A stretch of DNA of 64,000 nt from an uncultured Acidobacteriota bacterium (GCA_903873705.1 CAIQPK010000081.1:24989-88988); one strand, 5' to 3'. Shown: positions 53,443 to 62,493, counted from the first letter of the stretch. Made by a program: numbers and translations. The notes: a model not told the origin generated them from the letters alone.

Positions 53443-54321
53443 ATGCAAATCTTTTCAGTGCGGCTGAACATGCCGAGTGGGCGATGGATGATGACGTTTT
53501 TGGCAGCGGGCCTGACGGTCGGCACGGGGACGCTGGTGGCGCAGGAGCGGCCTGACGGTGGGCCGTCCGCGGCGGCGGTGTTGCCGGATGCGCCTTCGGC
53601 GACGATGGCGGCGGCGGATGATGGCGTGCCGATCGAGGATGTGCCGCACAGCGAGGCGACGGTGCGGAGTTCGCCTAAGCATGTGCTGTTGGACCTGGGC
53701 CATATTGCTATTTCACCGGCGTATATACGGACTCGGGATTTGAAATGGCTGCTGCCGCTGGCTGCGGCATCGGGTGCGGCGTTTGCTGAGGACACGCGGA
53801 CGATGCACGAGGTGGTGAGTCAGAACCCGGGGTTCAACGACCTGGCGGGGAACGTATCAGATGGCTTGCGGGATGGGTTTATCGTGGTGCCGGCGGGGTT
53901 GTTCGTGGTGAGCCATGTGACGCACAGCGAGCACTCGAAAGAGGCCGGCATCCTGGGCATGGAAGCGATGCTGGACGCGAACATCTTGGCGGAAGGCGTG
54001 AAGCTGGTAACGTTCCGCGAGCGGCCTTATGTGGACAACGGGCGCGGGAATTTCTTTGTGGGCAAGGCGGGGCCGAATGGGTCGTTTATCTCGGGCCATG
54101 CGATCACGGCGTGGTCTTCAGCGGCGGTGCTGGCAGAGGAGTACCGGTCTCCGTGGGCGCAGGTGGGGATTTATACGCTGGCGACGGGGACGAGCCTGAC
54201 GCGGGTGCTGGGACAGCAGCATTTTCCTTCGGATGTGCTGATTGGGTCGGCTACCGGGTGGTTGATTGGGCACTATGTTTACCGGGCGCATCGGCACTGG
54301 CATGTGGCGCCGCGGGGGTAG
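53443..54321 (+). CDS. PAP2-family phosphatase (membrane/periplasmic)
   Basis: 292 aa; the alternative start MPSGRW lies at 53470. Motifs KLVTFRERP, SFISGHA, TRVLGQQHFPSDV. Confidence 0.85.
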   Translation: MQIFSVRLNMPSGRWMMTFLAAGLTVGTGTLVAQERPDGGPSAAAVLPDAPSATMAAADDGVPIEDVPHSEATVRSSPKHVLLDLGHIAISPAYIRTRDLKWLLPLAAASGAAFAEDTRTMHEVVSQNPGFNDLAGNVSDGLRDGFIVVPAGLFVVSHVTHSEHSKEAGILGMEAMLDANILAEGVKLVTFRERPYVDNGRGNFFVGKAGPNGSFISGHAITAWSSAAVLAEEYRSPWAQVGIYTLATGTSLTRVLGQQHFPSDVLIGSATGWLIGHYVYRAHRHWHVAPRG

Positions 54322-54362
54322 TGGGCGGGGTTGTTGCTGGGTTTGGATGACGTGGATGTGAG

Positions 54363-54587
54363 AGCAACGGCAACGGCAACGGCGTTCGGTGGTTGATGGG
54401 TCGAGCGGGCTGGTCGGGTGCGGGCGGTGGTGCAGGTCCTTCGACTGCGCTGCGCTTCGCTCAGGATGACGGGGTTTTGCTGGGGTTGGGGAGAGCAACA
54501 GCAACAGCAACAGCAAGAGCCACTGCCACTGCCACTGCCACTGCCACTGCAGAAGCAGATTCCTCCGCTGCGCTGCGGAATGACAAT
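54363..54587 (+). repeat. composite intergenic repeat: (GCAACG)3, 41-nt module C, (GCAACA)4-(GCCACT)5, module D hairpin
   Basis: Module C at 54430-54470 (GTGCAGGTCCTTCGACTGCGCTGCGCTTCGCTCAGGATGAC) is identical to 61177-61217. Module D at 54553-54587 is GAAGCAGATTCCTCCGCTGCGCTGCGGAATGACAAT. Confidence 0.9.
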
Positions 54588-54630
54588 CCTTAGAGGATAT
54601 GGGCGGGGTTGGGCCGAGGATTGCCGGTCC

Positions 54631-56142
54631 TCAGGGTCTGTCGGCAGGGACTTTCGGGAGTTGGTTCATTTGGTGGATGTAGCGTTTTGAGTTGAATTTT
54701 TTACCGGTGCTGGCGGCGGACATGTAGCGGCGTTTGCCGAAGATGGGGCGGTCGAACCAGGCGCGGTCGAACTTGCCGAGCATGGCCCAGGCTATGCCGG
54801 CGTAGCCGTTGGGGTCGCGGCCGTCGAGGAAGTAGCGGTCGTTGAGGTAGATGGCGACGCGCTGGGCGATGCGGACGTTGGGGGTCCACTCGATGATTTT
54901 TTTGGCCCAGTACATGCGCAGGTAGTTGTGCATCCAGCCGTGGTGGAGCATTTGTAGCTGGGCGGCGTTCCAGAGGTCGTCGTGGGTCTGCGCGTTTTCC
55001 AGTTGGGGGAGTTTGTAGAGGGTTTCGCGCTGGTCGTGGTCGTGCTCGGCGAGGGTGGCGCGGGCCCAGTTGTCGGCGCAGTTGGGGTTGTCGTAGTCGG
55101 GTTGGTAGCGGACGAAGTTGACGGCGAGTTCGCGCCAGGCGATGAGCTCGTTGAAGTAGCTGTCGCGGGCGGGCTTGAGGTGGGGGTCTTTTTCTGCGGC
55201 GGCGTTGACGGCGAGCGCGATGGTGAGGGGGCCGATGTGGCCGAAGTGGAGGTAGGGGGAGAGGGCGCTGGTGCCGTCGCACTCGGGGTGGTTGCGGTCG
55301 CGGTCATAGGTGTGGAGCATGTTGGCGGTGAAGTGGTGGAGGCGCTTGAGGGCGGCTTGATGGCCGCCGTGCCAGGCTTCGACGGGTTTGCAGGTGCGGT
55401 CGAAATCGGTCCAGTTGCGGGTGATGTCGTTGTCGGGGCTTTCGCGGTGGAGGGAGCGGGGGATTTTGAAGGCGTGGGTGGCGTGGGGGTTTTCGTAGGG
55501 GACGAGGAACTCGGGGAGGGCTCGATAGAGGCGGGGGCGGGCTACGCCGGCGGAGAACTGGGCTTTTTCGAGGATTCTGGAGGGGACGATGACGTCGTTG
55601 TCGACGGTCCAAAAGGGGATGGTGAGGGTGTCGGCGAGGTGGCGGCGCCATTGCTCGGTGGCGCGCATGGGGTTCTCGTCGGCGATGACCATGGCGGCGT
55701 GGACTTCGGCGAAGAAGGCAGCATGGTCGCCGGTCCAGGCGGCGGAGTCGGTTTCGGGGGCGCGGCGGAGGATGAAGGTGAGGTTGCGGGCGGCGCAGTC
55801 GGCGGCGATATCGGGCAGGCCCTGCTGGAGGAAGGCGTAGTGGCGGAGGTTGGCGTGGGGGAAGTTGCTGATGGCGGCGAAGTAGACGAGGACGGGGAGG
55901 ACGAGCTCGTTGGCGATGTGGATGGCGAGGTCGAGTGCGTGGTTGTCGCGGGCGCGCTGGGAGCGCTGCATCCAGTAGACGATGCAGCGGGCTTTTGGGT
56001 CGGGGAGGCCGGGGCGGCGGAGGGTGATGCGGGGGTTGTTGGCGAGGTGGCGGAGGAAGGCGGGGGTGGCGGGGTCGGCGAGGAAGCGCTCGGCTATGGC
56101 GGCGTGCTGGGCGTCGATTTGCTGGGTGGTGGGCGTGGTCAT
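54631..56142 (-). CDS. phr: deoxyribodipyrimidine photolyase, class II-like
   Basis: 503 aa. IVYWMQRSQRARDNHALDLAI, and C-terminal GWMHNYLRMYWAKKIIEWT. Confidence 0.88.
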   Translation of the reverse strand: MTTPTTQQIDAQHAAIAERFLADPATPAFLRHLANNPRITLRRPGLPDPKARCIVYWMQRSQRARDNHALDLAIHIANELVLPVLVYFAAISNFPHANLRHYAFLQQGLPDIAADCAARNLTFILRRAPETDSAAWTGDHAAFFAEVHAAMVIADENPMRATEQWRRHLADTLTIPFWTVDNDVIVPSRILEKAQFSAGVARPRLYRALPEFLVPYENPHATHAFKIPRSLHRESPDNDITRNWTDFDRTCKPVEAWHGGHQAALKRLHHFTANMLHTYDRDRNHPECDGTSALSPYLHFGHIGPLTIALAVNAAAEKDPHLKPARDSYFNELIAWRELAVNFVRYQPDYDNPNCADNWARATLAEHDHDQRETLYKLPQLENAQTHDDLWNAAQLQMLHHGWMHNYLRMYWAKKIIEWTPNVRIAQRVAIYLNDRYFLDGRDPNGYAGIAWAMLGKFDRAWFDRPIFGKRRYMSAASTGKKFNSKRYIHQMNQLPKVPADRP

Positions 56143-56266
56143 GCTGTTGGGTAGATGCTACGCGGTGGGGTGGGGCTGCGTGGGGATTGTTGCCGGCCCT
56201 GTCTTGAAAATCCGGAGATCCGGCACCCCACGGAGGGGGCGGGGTTTGAGAACATAGGAGGGTGAG

Positions 56267-56848
56267 GTGAGTATGTCGGCGTGTGAGTTGAAGGTGGGAG
56301 TGGTGCCGTTCAGTGGCAAGGATGATGTGGGTGAGGTTCGGCTGCGGCGGGCGGTGGCGGAGGATGCGGCGATGCTGGGGGTGGTGGGGTCGGCTACGTT
56401 TCTGGAGGCGTTTACGTGGGCGCTGCCGGGGGCGGATATTGTGGACTTCTGCACGAAGAACCATACGACCGAGGCTTACGCGAAGTACCTGGGGAAGGCG
56501 GATACGCGGATTGTGCTGGCGGTGACGGGCGAGGATGCGCCGGTGGGGTATGTGATGCTGTGTGCGCCGGAGCTGCCGAGCTTTGATGTGCTGGCGACGG
56601 ATATAGAGTTGAAGAGGATTTATTTATTCTCGCGGTATCGCAAGGGCGGGGTGGCGCAGCGGCTGATGGATGCGGCGGTGGAGGATGCGCGGGCGATGGG
56701 ACGGACGCGGGTGCTGCTGGGGACTCATGCGGGGAATGATCGGGCGATCAATTTTTACCTGTGGAACGGTTTTCTGGAGGTGGGGACGCGGGTGTTTCAT
56801 GTGGGGGCGCAGGAGTGCTGCGACAAGATTTATGGGAAGGTGCTGTGA
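56267..56848 (+). CDS. GNAT-family N-acetyltransferase
   Basis: 193 aa. The acetyl-CoA motif region is LKRIYLFSRYRKGGVAQRLMDAAVEDARAMGRTRVLLGT. Confidence 0.85.
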   Translation: MSMSACELKVGVVPFSGKDDVGEVRLRRAVAEDAAMLGVVGSATFLEAFTWALPGADIVDFCTKNHTTEAYAKYLGKADTRIVLAVTGEDAPVGYVMLCAPELPSFDVLATDIELKRIYLFSRYRKGGVAQRLMDAAVEDARAMGRTRVLLGTHAGNDRAINFYLWNGFLEVGTRVFHVGAQECCDKIYGKVL

Positions 56849-57132
56849 AGCTGACTTACACGGGGGTGAAGGGCTCGGGGATCAAGGGCGGGAAACGGGC
56901 GGTTACGACGGAGCCGGGGTTCAGGAACGGGCGGGGGCAGGTGGTGGTGGGGTCGACGGGGGCCCGGTCGACAAGCCGGGCGGGGCAGGTGATTTACCGG
57001 ATGCGCTGCTCGTTTTGTGGGCTGGAGTATGGGGCTAACGGGATTGACGTGCATGGACGGTGCTGTCCGGGGTGCCAGGGTGGAGAGACCGGGGAGCCGC
57101 TGCGGGAGACGGAGCAGGCGCGGTTGTTTTAG
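56845..57132 (+). CDS. small Cys-rich (zinc-ribbon-like) hypothetical protein
   Basis: The GTG at 56845 overlaps the GNAT stop as GTGA. 95 aa ending ...RMRCSFCGLEYGANGIDVHGRCCPGCQGGE. Third-codon G bias matches neighbouring plus-strand genes. Confidence 0.45.
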   Translation: MKLTYTGVKGSGIKGGKRAVTTEPGFRNGRGQVVVGSTGARSTSRAGQVIYRMRCSFCGLEYGANGIDVHGRCCPGCQGGETGEPLRETEQARLF

Positions 57133-57329
57133 TGGTGGTGCGAGGGAAGGCGTTTCACGCAAAGGGCGCGAAGGGGAGAAGCACGCGAAGCGGGCTAAGG
57201 TTTTAGAGGTGGGGCTGTAAACAGTGGAGGTTGGGTTGGTGGCGCCACGGTTGTGGCGAGGGAACCGGGGGCGGTGGTTGCGCGTACATGCGGTTGGAGC
57301 CGTCTGCGCGTAAACTGAACGTAGTCATT

Positions 57330-58556
57330 ATGGAAACGAAAGAAGCATTCCGGATTGCCCTGCAGTCGTTGTGGGCGAACAAGTTGCGGACCGTTCTTAC
57401 GCTGCTGGGCGTGGTGATCGGCGTGGCTTCGGTGATCGCCGTGGTGACGCTGATCAATGGCGCGAATGTGTACGTTGCGACGAAGGTGAACCGGGTGGGG
57501 GCGGATGTTTTCACGATCTCGAAGTCGCCTGGGATCGTGACGAACTATGAAGATTATGTGAAGTACGGCAAGCGCAAGATTATTACGCTGGACGAGTTCC
57601 GCCAGCTGCAGCAGAACTGCGATCGCTGCACGGCGATCGGGGCGATGCAGACGGCACGCGGGAAGATTGTGGTGGGTACGCAGTCAAGTACGGACTCGAC
57701 GATACGCGGGTATACGTGGCAAATGCCGGACATGCAGAACCTGAATATCGTGGAAGGCCGCGGGCTAACGCAGGCGGATGAAGACCACGGGTCGCATGTG
57801 GCGCTGATCGGATCGGACATACAGGACAACCTGATGAAGGGCGAAGACCCGATTGGGAAGGAGATTCGCGTGGACGGTGTTCCGTACACGGTGATCGGGC
57901 TGGGCGAGAAGCAGGGCAAGACGCTGGGGCAGAGCCAGGATGACTGGGTGGCGGTGCCGTTGACGGCGTATCAGAAGACTTATGGCACGGCAAAGACGGT
58001 GCTGATTTATGCGAAGGCGGGGACGGGAGCGGCGAACCTGGAAGCGGCAAGCGACCAGGCGCGGCTGCTGATGCGGAGCCAGCGGCACGACCGTCCGGGC
58101 GAAGAGGACAGCTTTACGGTGGAGACAAGCGACTCGCTGGCCGGGCTTTGGAAACAGATTTCGGGGAGCTTTGAGCTGGTGGCGGTGGCGATTGCGGGCA
58201 TCTCGCTGGTGGTGGGCGGGATCGTGATCATGAATATCATGCTGGTGAGCGTGACGGAACGGACGCGCGAGATTGGGGTACGTAAGGCGCTGGGAGCGAC
58301 GCGGCAGGATGTGCTGATGCAGTTTTTGATGGAGTCGGCGACGATGGCCCTGGTGGGCGGCGTGATTGGGGTGATCGGCGGGGTGAGCGTGGCGCAGGGC
58401 GTTACGTACGCGCTCGGGTTTCCGTCGAGTTTAGCTGTGTGGAGTATTTTCGCTGGCCTGTTTGTGGCGACGAGTACGGGGATTTTCTTCGGCGTGTATC
58501 CGGCCAGGAAAGCTGCGGAGCTGGATCCGATTACGGCGTTGAGAGCGGAGTTCTAA
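57330..58556 (+). CDS. MacB-like ABC transporter permease (MacB_PCD plus FtsX), no ATPase adjacent
   Basis: Track ORF trimmed to ATG 57330: METKEAFRIALQSLWANKLRTVLTLLGVVIGVASVIAVV. C-terminal TERTREIGVRKALGATRQDV. Confidence 0.88.
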   Translation: METKEAFRIALQSLWANKLRTVLTLLGVVIGVASVIAVVTLINGANVYVATKVNRVGADVFTISKSPGIVTNYEDYVKYGKRKIITLDEFRQLQQNCDRCTAIGAMQTARGKIVVGTQSSTDSTIRGYTWQMPDMQNLNIVEGRGLTQADEDHGSHVALIGSDIQDNLMKGEDPIGKEIRVDGVPYTVIGLGEKQGKTLGQSQDDWVAVPLTAYQKTYGTAKTVLIYAKAGTGAANLEAASDQARLLMRSQRHDRPGEEDSFTVETSDSLAGLWKQISGSFELVAVAIAGISLVVGGIVIMNIMLVSVTERTREIGVRKALGATRQDVLMQFLMESATMALVGGVIGVIGGVSVAQGVTYALGFPSSLAVWSIFAGLFVATSTGIFFGVYPARKAAELDPITALRAEF

Positions 58557-58561
58557 CAAAA

Positions 58562-58597
58562 GTGGGTAGAGTGTAGAGCGTAGAGAGTGCCTAGAGG
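58562..58597 (+). repeat. period-7 array, left arm (GGGTAGA GTGTAGA GCGTAGA GAGTGCC TAGAGG)
   Basis: It starts 6 nt after the permease stop and overlaps the first codons of the track ORF 58587. Confidence 0.8.
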
Positions 58598-58994
58598 TGA
58601 AGAGTTGGAGAGTCAGTCGTCATTCCGAGATTCGATCGCGTGGCAGAAATCGATGGATCTCTCCACGGCGATTTACAAGGCAACGCGAAGCTTTCCGAAG
58701 GAAGAGATGTTCGGGCTCACGAACCAATTGCGACGCGCGTCGGTATCTATACCCAGCAACATCGCAGAAGGAAAAGGCAGACTAACAGCGGGAGAGTTCA
58801 TTCAGTTTCTCGGCATCGCACGTGGTTCGGCACAAGAAATACAGACGCAAATCGATTTGGCGATGCGACTGGCCTTCGGAATCGAAGCAGAAATGGAACA
58901 GGCGCGTGATTTGTCAGTCGAGGTCTTGAAGATTCTCAACGCATCGCTCAACACTCTGCAGCTACGTATTGCTGCAAAACGAAAACGAGCCTAA
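58587..58994 (+). CDS. four-helix-bundle protein (23S rRNA intervening-sequence protein family)
   Basis: SFRDSIAWQKSMDLSTAIYKATRSFPKEEMFGLTNQLRRASVSIPSNIAEGKGRLTAGEFIQFLGIARGSAQEIQTQIDLAMRL matches the family consensus as I remember it (F.DL.VWQKA..L....Y..T..FPKEE.YGLTSQ.RRAA.SI..NIAEG.GR....EF..FL.IA.GS..E). The start is ambiguous: GTG 58587 or in-frame TTG 58605. Confidence 0.85.
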   Translation: MPRGEELESQSSFRDSIAWQKSMDLSTAIYKATRSFPKEEMFGLTNQLRRASVSIPSNIAEGKGRLTAGEFIQFLGIARGSAQEIQTQIDLAMRLAFGIEAEMEQARDLSVEVLKILNASLNTLQLRIAAKRKRA

Positions 58995-59002
58995 ATATCA
59001 GG

Positions 59003-59032
59003 CTCACTACACACTACGCACTACGGTCTACC
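59003..59032 (-). repeat. period-7 array, right arm in inverted orientation (reverse complement GGTAGAC CGTAGTG CGTAGTG TGTAGTG AG)
   Basis: Read directly. It lies between the four-helix gene stop (58994) and the next permease start (59043). Confidence 0.8.
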
Positions 59033-59042
59033 AACTAATACT

Positions 59043-60290
59043 ATGGCTCAGGGTGAACAACGCGAAGCGGTGAAGATGGCGCTGGATACCCTGCGTGCGA
59101 ATAAGCTGCGTTCGGGTTTGACGGTGTTGGGTATTGTGATCGGTGTGATGACCGTTATTGTGATTTCTTCGGTCATCAATGGGTTGAATAATAACGTCTC
59201 GAACATGGTGCAGCAGTTTGGGACGAATGTGATCTGGGTGTTCCGGTTTCCGGTGATTGGCGTGCGGCCGACGACCGAGATGCTGACGCGGAAGCAGATG
59301 ACTTACGACGATGCGATGGAGATTGGGAAGCTGCCGCACGTGGTGGCTTCGGCGGCGTCGCTGCGGTATACGAACTACCAGTTTGGCGCGGGGTCGGCTG
59401 TGGCCAAGTGGGGCATCAAGAAGGTGGAGAATGTGTCGCTTTCCGGCGACACGCTTTCCATTCGCGACGTGAACGACTGGAATATCCATGCGGGGCGGTT
59501 TTATACGATGGTGGACCAGGAACGCGCGACCGATGTGGTGATCCTGGGGCACGACACGGCGGCCGATCTCTTCGGGAACGTTGATCCGATAGGGCAGGAA
59601 ATTACGCTGGAAGGCCATACGTTCACCGTTATTGGAACGATGGAAAAAGTTCCGAACGCATTTGGCGGCGGGAAGAATCCGAACGACAATTTTGCGTATT
59701 TTCCGATTACGACGTTTCACAAGCTGCATCCCGAGGTTCTGGATTACTGGATCAGCGTGAAGTTCGACGATCAGAAGAACAAGCCGCTGGTGCAGGACGA
59801 GATTCGCGAACTGCTGCGGCGGCGGCGCAAGGTACGCAACGAGGCGGCGGATAATTTCGAGATCTTCGGGTCGGACTCGATTACGAAGTTGTGGGGGCAG
59901 ATTACGGGCGGCTTGTTCGGATTGATGTTCGGGTTGAGCGCCGTGGGGCTGATGGTGGGCGGTGTGGGTGTGATGAACATCATGCTGGTGAGCGTGACGG
60001 AGCGGACGAAAGAGATTGGGGTGCGCAAGGCGATCGGCGCGACGAGGAAGATCATCCTGACGCAGTTCACGCTGGAGGCAGTGACGTTGTGCGCGATTGG
60101 CGGCGTGATCGGGATTGCACTGGGCGTGGGGGTTTCGCTGCTGGTGAAGCTGGTGATGTCGTGCTCGGTAAGCGTGCTTTGGATCCTGACGGCGTTTGTG
60201 TGCTCGTGCCTGATTGGGCTGGTGTTCGGGATTTATCCGGCGTGGAAGGCGGCGAATCTGAATCCGATCGACGCGCTGCGTTATGAGTGA
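59043..60290 (+). CDS. MacB-like ABC transporter permease (paralog of 57330..58556)
   Basis: 415 aa. VKMALDTLRANKLRSGLTVLGIVIGVMTVIVISS. TERTKEIGVRKAIGATRKII. Confidence 0.88.
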   Translation: MAQGEQREAVKMALDTLRANKLRSGLTVLGIVIGVMTVIVISSVINGLNNNVSNMVQQFGTNVIWVFRFPVIGVRPTTEMLTRKQMTYDDAMEIGKLPHVVASAASLRYTNYQFGAGSAVAKWGIKKVENVSLSGDTLSIRDVNDWNIHAGRFYTMVDQERATDVVILGHDTAADLFGNVDPIGQEITLEGHTFTVIGTMEKVPNAFGGGKNPNDNFAYFPITTFHKLHPEVLDYWISVKFDDQKNKPLVQDEIRELLRRRRKVRNEAADNFEIFGSDSITKLWGQITGGLFGLMFGLSAVGLMVGGVGVMNIMLVSVTERTKEIGVRKAIGATRKIILTQFTLEAVTLCAIGGVIGIALGVGVSLLVKLVMSCSVSVLWILTAFVCSCLIGLVFGIYPAWKAANLNPIDALRYE

Positions 60291-60918
60291 GGCGGGGAAG
60301 CGGACGATCGATTTAGCGACATGGGCGCGGAAGGCCCACTTCGAGTTTTTCAGTGGGTTCGACGAACCCTTTTTTGGGGTTTGCGTACGGGTTGATTGCA
60401 CCAAGGCTTATGCGGCGGCAAAGCGGCGGGGATGCTCGTTTTTTCTCTATTACCTTTACCAGTCACTGCGCGCGGCGCACGTGGTTGAGCCATTCCGGTA
60501 TCGAATTGAGGATGGCGGGGTGGTCATCTACGATCGCCTGGGTGCGGGACCGGCCATCGATCGGCCGGACGGGACGTTTGGTTACGCCTACTTCACTTAT
60601 AGCGACGATATTGATGAGTTTCTGCGGGGCGCGCAAAGTGCAGTGGATCAGGTCCGCAGTTCCCCTGACCTCAAGCCGTCGAAGGCTACTAATACGGTCC
60701 TGTACTCGGCGCTGCCGTGGCTGGATTTTACGTCGCTGTCGCACGCCCGGAAGTTTGGTTTGCAGGACAGCCGGCCGCGCGTAACGTTTGGGAAGATGAC
60801 GACCGTTGAAGGAAGGCGGTCAATGCCGGTGGCGATCCACGTGAACCATGCGTTGGTGGACGGACGGGACGTGGGGGAGTATGTGGAGCGGTTCCAGGGG
60901 TTGATGGACTCGGAGTAG
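60283..60918 (+). CDS. chloramphenicol-acetyltransferase-fold (CAT type A-like) O-acetyltransferase
   Basis: 211 aa. IDLATWARKAHFEFF, and C-terminal MPVAIHVNHALVDGRDVGEYVERFQ (catalytic His context). 8-nt overlap with the permease gene. Confidence 0.82.
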   Translation: MSEAGKRTIDLATWARKAHFEFFSGFDEPFFGVCVRVDCTKAYAAAKRRGCSFFLYYLYQSLRAAHVVEPFRYRIEDGGVVIYDRLGAGPAIDRPDGTFGYAYFTYSDDIDEFLRGAQSAVDQVRSSPDLKPSKATNTVLYSALPWLDFTSLSHARKFGLQDSRPRVTFGKMTTVEGRRSMPVAIHVNHALVDGRDVGEYVERFQGLMDSE

Positions 60919-60933
60919 GTGGGCATCGGCTAG

Positions 60934-61007
60934 GGCATACCCCAGGGGCTGAAGCCCATTTGGTGGTGGTCTATGAGACCCGAGGCTGAAGCCTCGGGGT
61001 ACCTTCA
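60934..61007 (+). repeat. intergenic repeat module A, copy 2
   Basis: GGCATACCCCAGGGGCTGAAGCCC...GACCCGAGGCTGAAGCCTCGGGGTACCTTCA; compare 32559-32633. Confidence 0.8.
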
Positions 61008-61127
61008 AGCAGAAGCAGAAGCAGAAGCAGAAGCAAAAGCAAAAGCAAAAGCAGAAGCAGAAGCAAAAGCAAAAGCAAAAGCAGAAGCAGAAGCAGATGC
61101 AGATGCAAGAACAGGCAACGGCAAGAG
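61008..61127 (+). repeat. period-6 tandem array (GCAGAA / GCAAAA / GCAGAT units, about 20 units)
   Basis: Read directly. It is followed by the small hairpin CTTCAG-TGT-CTGAAG and by module C at 61177-61217. Confidence 0.92.
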
Positions 61128-61332
61128 CACTTCAGTGTCTGAAGGTTCCAGCATACCTGCCAGGTGCGGACTGTTGTGCAGGTCCTTCGACTGCGCTGCG
61201 CTTCGCTCAGGATGACGAGTTTTCTTGTTCTGAAGAGCACAAGAGCAGCGACAAACGCCTATTCCTCTCGGGCATGACAACAAGAAAACAAACAGGGGAA
61301 GCGGCAGGGGGCGGCATCGCTACACTAGGGTC

Positions 61333-62493
61333 ATGGATTTGCTGGCGTTGGTGGTGATTCTGGTTGCGACGTTGCTGACCCTGAGCGGGCTGGCTTATGG
61401 GGTGTTGGCGCTGTGGGGCGCGCGGGACTTTGAGCGGCGGTGGCGGGTGGCTAGTGGGGCTGGTGGGTTTGCGCCGGGGGTATCGATTTTGAAGCCGGTG
61501 AAGGGGGCTGACCCGCGGATGTATGCGGCGTTTGCGAGCCATTGCCGGCAGGTGTATGCGGGTGAGTTTGAGCTGGTGTTTGGGGTGAGTTCGCTGGAGG
61601 ATGCGGCCGTGGCCGAGGTGGGCAGGCTGCGGGTGGAGTTTCCCGACGTTGCGATAAGGCTGGTGGAGTGCCCGGAGCGGCTGGGGACGAGTGGGAAGGT
61701 TTCGAACCTGGTGCAGATGTTGCGCCAGGCGCGGTATGAGCACGTGGTGATCAATGACAGCGACATCCTGGTGTCGCCGCAGTACCTGGCGCGGGTGATG
61801 GCGCCGCTGGAGGATGCGGGCGTGGGGCTGGTGACGGTGCCGTACATCGGGCGGGCGGAGCGGACGGTGTGGTCGCGGATGGAAGCGCTGGGGATTTCTA
61901 CGGACTTTATGGCGGGGGTGTTGACGGCTCGGAAGCTGGAGGGCGGGATTCGGTTTGGGCTGGGGTCGACTTTGGCGACGCGGAAGGCGACGCTGGATGC
62001 GGTGGGGGGGCTGCACGCTCTGGTGGAGTGCCTGGCGGATGATTACGAGATTGGGGCGCGGATTGCCGCGACGGGGTTGCGGGTGGAGCTGGTGAAAGAA
62101 GTGGTGGAGACGAGTGTGCCGGCGTACTCGCTGCGGGGTTTTTGTGAGCACCAGCTGCGGTGGGCGCGGTCGACGCGGGACTCGCGGAAGTGGGGGTATG
62201 TGGGGCTGGGTGTGACGTACGTGGTGCCGTGGGCGGTGGCGACGGTGGTGGCGACGGGCGGGGCTTTGTGGAGCTTGTCGATGCTGAGCGTAGCGCTGCT
62301 GGTGAGGATGAGTGTGGCGCTGAGCGTGGGGGTGGGGATACTGCGGGATGAGCAGGTTCTGCGGGATGTGTGGCTGGTGCCGGTGCGGGATTTCTTTGGG
62401 CTGCTTTTCTGGGCCTGGAGCTTTGCGGGGGATACGGTGGTTTGGCGGGGGGAGAGGTTTCGGTTGCGGGGTGGAAAGCTGGTGAAGCAGTGA
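61333..62493 (+). CDS. GT2/GT21-family glycosyltransferase (ceramide glucosyltransferase / HpnI-like)
   Basis: 386 aa. N-terminal TM, SILKPVKGADP, INDSDILV, LADDYEIG, and QLRWARS (Q-x-x-R-W). The stop codon TGA lies inside a period-7 array. Confidence 0.78.
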   Translation: MDLLALVVILVATLLTLSGLAYGVLALWGARDFERRWRVASGAGGFAPGVSILKPVKGADPRMYAAFASHCRQVYAGEFELVFGVSSLEDAAVAEVGRLRVEFPDVAIRLVECPERLGTSGKVSNLVQMLRQARYEHVVINDSDILVSPQYLARVMAPLEDAGVGLVTVPYIGRAERTVWSRMEALGISTDFMAGVLTARKLEGGIRFGLGSTLATRKATLDAVGGLHALVECLADDYEIGARIAATGLRVELVKEVVETSVPAYSLRGFCEHQLRWARSTRDSRKWGYVGLGVTYVVPWAVATVVATGGALWSLSMLSVALLVRMSVALSVGVGILRDEQVLRDVWLVPVRDFFGLLFWAWSFAGDTVVWRGERFRLRGGKLVKQ

